From: an uncultured virus (IMG/VR IMGVR_UViG_3300022700_000138)
Taxonomy: Duplodnaviria > Heunggongvirae > Uroviricota > Caudoviricetes
DNA length: 64,000 bases
Reading direction: 5' to 3' (one strand)
IMG/VR virus record: IMGVR_UViG_3300022700_000138
In this document: positions 59,831-64,000 of the stretch, in pieces
How positions within the stretch are numbered: position 1 is the stretch's first letter
Layout: every line of letters starts with the position of its first letter
Notes under the pieces: model-generated
What the model was told of the DNA's origin: nothing
Database searches by the model: none
What the model saw: the letters and a program-made list of their open reading frames with translations, nothing else
Program-made: the position numbers and the translations under genes

Positions 59831-60046
59831 ATCTTTGAATCGGGTTTGGGCGACCGTTCCCAAGACAAAAAACGGTCGTATTTACAATCCCGTACTACAT
59901 GATCCGTACTAGGATTGTCTTCCTCCGTGAAGCGTGTGGTACGCATCAGAGCCCTGGCCTTTAGCGGTAGGTCATTAGGTAACACGTGCGGCCGAAGTGT
60001 TATCAAAACCGTTAGGCAGGAGATGGTAATTCCGCTCCTGTCGTCT

Positions 60047-60172
60047 GGGTCTTTAGCTTGAAACCTTGGGCTTCCAGGATTAGCTCTCCACGAAAGCTCA
60101 GGGTGGACAAAGCGCTCTGTCTGGGTTCCTAGGCCAGATGGAGAGAACTGGTTCGAGTCCGGTATGGACCCA
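60047..60172 (+). ncRNA. Expanded tRNA-like RNA
   Basis: GGGTC/GACCC acceptor, GCTT/AAGC D-stem with ~50-nt insert, 10-bp anticodon-position stem, ACTGG-TTCGAGT-CCGGT T-arm. Confidence 0.65.
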
Positions 60173-60259
60173 AATCCCGGAAGAGATCAGTAGCCTTTTC
60201 CGAGGCGAACAAAAAGCTACTGAGGTTGTGGGTTCTCCAAAAGCCCTCACCCGGCAAAA

Positions 60260-60363
60260 TAGGATCAGTTGTCTTGTGCAGGATAGGTGGGAGATGTTGA
60301 ATCTTGGTCGCAAGGCTGAGAGGAATGACCCCTGAGATACCACCCATTGGCTTTTGATTGCTA
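60260..60363 (+). ncRNA. Free-standing 23S rRNA L1-stalk (H76-H78)-like RNA
   Basis: GTGCAGGATAGGTGGGAG...TTGAA-[8-bp stem, GCAA loop]-GGA...TGAGATACCACCC, collinear with the bacterial 23S L1 stalk as recalled. Confidence 0.8.
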
Positions 60364-60381
60364 ACTATTTTGTCGGTGTTT

Positions 60382-60464
60382 GGAAGGGTGGCCGAGAGGT
60401 CGAAGGCGGTGCCCTGCTAAGGCATTGAGCGAAAGCTCCGTGGGTTCGAATCCCACCCCTTCCG
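60382..60464 (+). tRNA. tRNA-Ser(GCT)
   Basis: Loop CTGCTAA, variable arm GAGC-GAAA-GCTC, G discriminator. Confidence 0.92.
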
Positions 60465-60523
60465 CTTTTCTTTACCTATATGGAGGGACGGTCTAAGTCC
60501 CCTCGTTTAGAGGTAGACACTCA

Positions 60524-60597
60524 GGGCCCATCGCCTAGTTGGTTCAAGGCACTCGGCCCATACCGGATTATCGCAGGTTCGAATCCTGCTGGGCCCA
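60524..60597 (+). tRNA. Aberrant tRNA with CAT (Ile2/Met-like), 6-nt anticodon loop
   Basis: Perfect GGGCCCA/TGGGCCC acceptor and T-arm; anticodon arm CTCGG-CCCATA-CCGGA. Confidence 0.75.
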
Positions 60598-60609
60598 ATA
60601 ACCGAATGT

Positions 60610-61357
60610 TGTTTTGTCCCTACGTCTCCAAAGCGCGCAGGAGACCTCTGGATGGACAGGCTGATGATCCTCGGTCGTGTTGCTAGTTCCTTCCCGTTAG
60701 GTTGCGCCAGGCGGGCTGTAGTTGAGCCGGGAAGACGACAGGCAGCGATAAAGCCAAAAAACGAGGGTCGCTTATTTTATGACCGTTTACCACATTGATT
60801 CAGGACTCTTTAAAATCCGGGCTGCGGCTGCGGGGAGAGAGTCACAACTGAATTAGATGTGCCACGCAATACTCGGACACTGGTTGTCGTGGGCTTAGGA
60901 ATATAGCTAAACAGTGTTCCGTGAGAGGTGGATAGCCTCAGTAGGTAGATTACCCTGGTTTGTATCCTACGAGGTCCCCTCAATAAATGGGACTAACCGG
61001 TCTGCGTAGAACGCTGCTCGCCAGTAGTGCTGGTCGGGGAGGTAGGTGAGGCACTGCGTAGGAACAAGTGAAGTGATGCCGACCAGCTACGGTTCATTGA
61101 AGTTTGGGCGTCTTCGGTGAACAAGAGATCTTAGGTAGAAACGCCAAAGGATTGGGTGAGGCTACAGTGTAAGCTCAATCCACGAGGGTAGTGGTGGACA
61201 CGCCTGCCTCAACTGCTGCCCGTTTTTTGGTTAGATAATTGGAGGTCATCTAGGCTGTGGCTCGCAGAACCTAGAGAGGCGACTGGTAGGAAGGTAGACT
61301 AACGAGCTTGGCACTGGGTAGATGAAGCCCAGGCGACTAAAACTGCCTACCGCCTCC
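60610..61357 (+). ncRNA. ORF-poor run of structured RNA domains of unknown family
   Basis: Consecutive helices, e.g. 60666-73/60762-69, 60791-803/60848-61, 61029-37/61079-87, 61149-57/61173-81, 61241-46/61352-57. Confidence 0.5.
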
Positions 61358-61371
61358 GTTTTGCGTATAAT

Positions 61372-61449
61372 GGGAGAGTTTGCGGAGAGGTCAGTTTGCC
61401 AGTGAAGGTAGAGATCACTGCGTGGGGTTAGAATCCCCCGCTCTCCCCA
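61372..61449 (+). ncRNA. Degenerate tRNA-like RNA
   Basis: GGGAGAGT/GCTCTCCC acceptor, CAGTGA/TCACTG stem, GGGG-TTAGAAT-CCCC T-arm. Confidence 0.55.
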
Positions 61450-61510
61450 TTGTATCCGCGAGAGGCGTCTCTACATTTCCTCTCGCGGATATTTTCCCCT
61501 AGGTGACGAA

Positions 61511-61732
61511 ATGGATCAAGACGAAGTAAATCGCAGATTACTGGACGCAGCCCGTGAGGGTCAGTGCGATCACGAGTATCCAGGACCCTCTTTCGATCCG
61601 GAAGAGGCACGCGGTATGACCGCCGCGCAGGTACGCGAGCGGCGGCCTCGCTTCTACTGTCCTTGCACAAAGTGCGGAGAGCACTCGATTGCCTATGCTT
61701 CGTACGAACACTATATTGCCGGTGATTGGTAG
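61511..61732 (+). CDS. Small Cys/His-containing hypothetical protein
   Basis: AGGTG SD; CDH...CTKCG...HYIAGDW. Confidence 0.65.
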   Translation: MDQDEVNRRLLDAAREGQCDHEYPGPSFDPEEARGMTAAQVRERRPRFYCPCTKCGEHSIAYASYEHYIAGDW

Positions 61733-61746
61733 ATGGTTTGTATTAT

Positions 61747-61929
61747 GCTCCACAGCACGAGACCAGGCGGCCTTGACGAAGGATGACCCATCTGGTGCGG
61801 AGCTAATGCCTAGTTGATACAAAGATTGGTGATGTTCAGGACGCTGAGACGAGTCAATCTCCAACGAAATTGTGTCATGAGCCACACGTCGTTGGAACTA
61901 GGTGCCGGGTTGAATTCCCGGGTGGGGCT
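61747..61929 (+). ncRNA. Large tRNA-like RNA with branched insertion
   Basis: GCTCCAC/GTGGGGC closing stem, CCGGG-TTGAATT-CCCGG T-arm, GCCTAGTT/AACTAGGT and TCCAACGA/TCGTTGGA helices. Confidence 0.6.
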
Positions 61930-61934
61930 GTTTT

Positions 61935-62007
61935 GCCAGTGTAGCTCAGTTGGTAGAGCAGCTGATTTGTAATCAGCTTGTCGCGGGTTCGACTCCTGTC
62001 ACTGGCT
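61935..62007 (+). tRNA. tRNA-Thr(TGT)
   Basis: Cloverleaf, loop TTTGTAA, TTCGACT T-loop. Confidence 0.95.
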
Positions 62008-62135
62008 TTTTCTTGACTACTAGAAGAAATTATGCTTATTGTAGATAGATCAGAATATATTGCATGGTGCATATCTGTTTGTAATATATGGATAGTAGAT
62101 ATTGCACTGCAATGGAACTGCAATGGAGAGGCGTC

Positions 62136-62423
62136 ATGGACATTGATCGAAAAGCTGACAAACTAGAAACTCCTGTTTGCCCACGCTGTGGCAACGAAAT
62201 GACCCCGACCATAACAGAAGCCGTGTATCACGATGGTCAAAACATTCCAGTTAGAGGTGGTGGCCTTCAAACGTTCGTACCCATTGCGCACCGCCACTGC
62301 TTTCAATGTGAGCAATGCACTCCACCACGCGCAGTGATTGAAGTCCCTTATACTGCAGAAAGAGACTACTGCGTCTGGAGTAACAACCATGAACCCAAAC
62401 GAGACACTAACGAAAATTCGTGA
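62136..62423 (+). CDS. Zn-ribbon hypothetical protein
   Basis: CPRC and CEQC; ATG 62136 with GGAGAGG SD. Confidence 0.55.
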   Translation: MDIDRKADKLETPVCPRCGNEMTPTITEAVYHDGQNIPVRGGGLQTFVPIAHRHCFQCEQCTPPRAVIEVPYTAERDYCVWSNNHEPKRDTNENS

Positions 62424-62616
62424 AGTGGTGAACCTTGTTCGGTTACCGCTGAAATGGTTAATACCTGGGCTAGGCAGGATCCCTTTGGACACGATGAGGT
62501 AAACCGCCGCATTTGTGTTGAGGCCCGCGCCAAGCGTTTGGGTTTCTGGGGGTCGTACGAAAAGTGCGACGGTGAGGGAGTTATTTACCCGACTGATAAA
62601 GCTCAGGTGAACTTGA

Positions 62617-62991
62617 TTTTGTGGATGCTGCATCCGACACCCTCCGTCCGGAGCAGTGGCAGAATCCACCGAAGAACGTCACCAGCACACGAACAAAAAG
62701 ATCGCGTTCAATCGGTTGGTGAAGACGAAAGAGTTTCAGAATTGGGCTCGGTTGCAAGCGGCAGCAGTAGAGCAAGGCTACCGTAATATCGAAGAGAAGG
62801 TCGAAAAGTCGATGACGCCCAACAACCTGAAAGTAGAACACGTAACGACTTACACTTGTGACTCTTGTGGTAGGTCGGAAACAGTTACTTCTACGGATCC
62901 TCTTGACGTGCCTACTTGGTTGGTGTACAGTGGAGAGGATCCCCGAAAGGTAGAGCAACACAGATGTACTGCCTGTGAGAGCAGGAAATGA
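62617..62991 (+). pseudogene. 5'-truncated peptide chain release factor-like (RF-1/ArfB domain) gene lacking GGQ
   Basis: IRHPPSGAVAESTEERHQHTNKKIAFNRL matches the post-GGQ part of RF-1 domains; in-frame TGA at 62614 and 62608. Confidence 0.6.
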
Positions 62992-63239
62992 GCAAGCGTG
63001 CACTAAGGCGACACCACCGTCGGAGGCTTTTCCAAAAGCGCAGACGCTACTGGTCTAGTTTGTCTGATCATCCGAGGATGCTTCGTGTTATAGCTAAAAC
63101 ACCCCAGAGATGTTCTTGTGTTATGTGTAGCGGTAGCGCAGGTCGGAAACACGGCGAGGTTACACTACAGGAGCGAGCGGCCGAAATGGACGAAGAAGAA
63201 CAAATCTCTGCTCATATAGTGAGTGCGGAAGAAAAATAA
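62988..63239 (+). CDS. Small basic protein with CSCxMC motif
   Basis: RRHHRRR...TPQRCSCVMC...VTLQER; ATGA overlap with the upstream stop. Confidence 0.65.
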   Translation: MSKRALRRHHRRRLFQKRRRYWSSLSDHPRMLRVIAKTPQRCSCVMCSGSAGRKHGEVTLQERAAEMDEEEQISAHIVSAEEK

Positions 63240-63244
63240 AATAA

Positions 63245-63319
63245 CGGGGCGTAGCGCAGTCTGGTCAGCGCGCCTGGTTTGGGTCCAGGATGTCGGAGGT
63301 TCAAATCCTCTCGCCCCGA
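63245..63319 (+). tRNA. tRNA-Pro(TGG)
   Basis: CGGGGCG/CGCCCCG acceptor, loop TTTGGGT, TTCAAAT T-loop. Confidence 0.95.
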
Positions 63320-63633
63320 ATGGTGCGCAGCATACAACTCGGTATTCATGCCAATCTCCTGTTCCTCGTTGGAATTGCGAAGTGGTTTGGCTGCGTACCT
63401 TTACTGAGAGTCAGTGGTCATTGAGACCTGCTAGGTGCCTCAATAGTGGAGACGCAGTGAGTGTCTCCCAGATCACTTCATTTGTCTCACCTAAGTAAGT
63501 GAGGCAAATTGAGTGTGGCTGGGCATGCCATGCTCTCCTTACACCTGGGCAAGTGATTAAACTGCCCACTTTTTGACCTCATCGGGCCACCCCAATATTG
63601 CTACGTGGTCAGAGGAGAGACGCCATCATTATC

Positions 63634-63661
63634 TTGACATTTGAGTCTAGCTTGGTACAGT
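63634..63661 (+). promoter_or_regulatory. Sigma70-type promoter with extended -10
   Basis: TTGACA-N16-TACAGT with TGn immediately before the -10. Confidence 0.6.
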
Positions 63662-63715
63662 GGTAGGTGAGCTAGTCAACGTGGTAGCAATTTTAACGTG
63701 TAGGAGAGGATCATA

Positions 63716-63913
63716 ATGGACGCATCCCAACTCATCAGATTCGGGGAAATGTCTTTTCTGTTTGCCTTTTCCTTGGGTGGTATTTACTGGACGCTGTTGG
63801 TGCCGCTGGTTCCGGTCGTCAGCAGGTCAGCGTCGACGATTGGTGCAATGAGCACTATGATTTATTTGGCAAAAAGTTCGGAGTCGTCAGGTTTCCATTC
63901 GATGGGTACGTAA
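63716..63913 (+). CDS. Small hydrophobic hypothetical protein
   Basis: AGGAGAGG SD, 65 aa. Confidence 0.4.
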   Translation: MDASQLIRFGEMSFLFAFSLGGIYWTLLVPLVPVVSRSASTIGAMSTMIYLAKSSESSGFHSMGT

Positions 63914-63963
63914 CCTTCTCTATTGTTCGAGTTACTGACTGACGACGTAGGAGGAGCTTCAAA

Positions 63964-64000
63964 ATGGATCCAAACGTGTACCTTACGACCATGCGCGAGA
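63964..64000 (+). CDS. Partial CDS (MDPNVYLTTMRE...)
   Basis: AGGAGG SD, runs off the window. Confidence 0.5.
   Translation, partial: MDPNVYLTTMRE

Noticed and set aside
60260..60363. A true rRNA gene or operon
   Set aside because: Similarity is limited to ~100 nt; flanks are tRNA-like and tRNA-Ser sequence, not recognisable 23S
60661..60770. Hammerhead ribozyme (CTGATGA)
   Set aside because: No stem II followed by GAAA core downstream
59631..60830. RNase P RNA suggested by TCCGGGCT motifs
   Set aside because: GAGGAAAGTCC and the 3' AGAACCCGGCTTA-type P4 partner are absent
61303..61330. Second 23S-like fragment (CTTGGCACT...GATGAAG)
   Set aside because: Short, gapped similarity better explained by a local hairpin; likely chance
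61747..61929. tmRNA
   Set aside because: No GGGG 5' end or G3:U70, no CCA, too short, no tag ORF
62600..62620. Stop-codon recoding to rescue the RF-like gene
   Set aside because: Reading through the TGAs gives no GGQ; TAA, TAG and TGA all end well-packed genes elsewhere
63322..63399. tRNA-associated HDV-like (theta) ribozyme suggested by TTCCTCG
   Set aside because: The P1 partner lies at the far 3' end rather than right after P3, so the nested double pseudoknot cannot be built

Overview
64 kb of a large (jumbo-like) tailed dsDNA phage genome. Genes are densely packed, all on the + strand, and consistent with standard code 11. Bases 1-45.6 kb are a virion structural region (baseplate-like proteins, beta-propellers, many long fibre proteins sharing modular domains). 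It is interrupted at 35.7-40.4 kb by an envelope/lysis-like cassette: LpxH-like phosphoesterase, permuted NlpC/P60, LL-H-like holin and spanin-like pair. Bases 46-57 kb hold SpeD, a UDG-fused family A DNA polymerase, type IIA topoisomerase B and A subunits, a Dam-like methylase, dCTP deaminase and a peptidoglycan-binding protein. A cysteine-rich-repeat lipoprotein suggests a Myxococcota/deltaproteobacterial host. The most unusual part is a ~4.3 kb RNA island (59.4-63.6 kb). It has four canonical tRNAs, one aberrant CAU tRNA, several expanded tRNA-like RNAs, many unexplained structured RNAs, a release-factor-like remnant, and a free-standing collinear copy of the 23S rRNA L1 stalk (H76-H78). 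A second unusual element is an intergenic array of three 30-bp hairpins with covarying stems and an invariant loop (25463-25595). All calls are by eye from sequence motifs; no database search or folding program was run.
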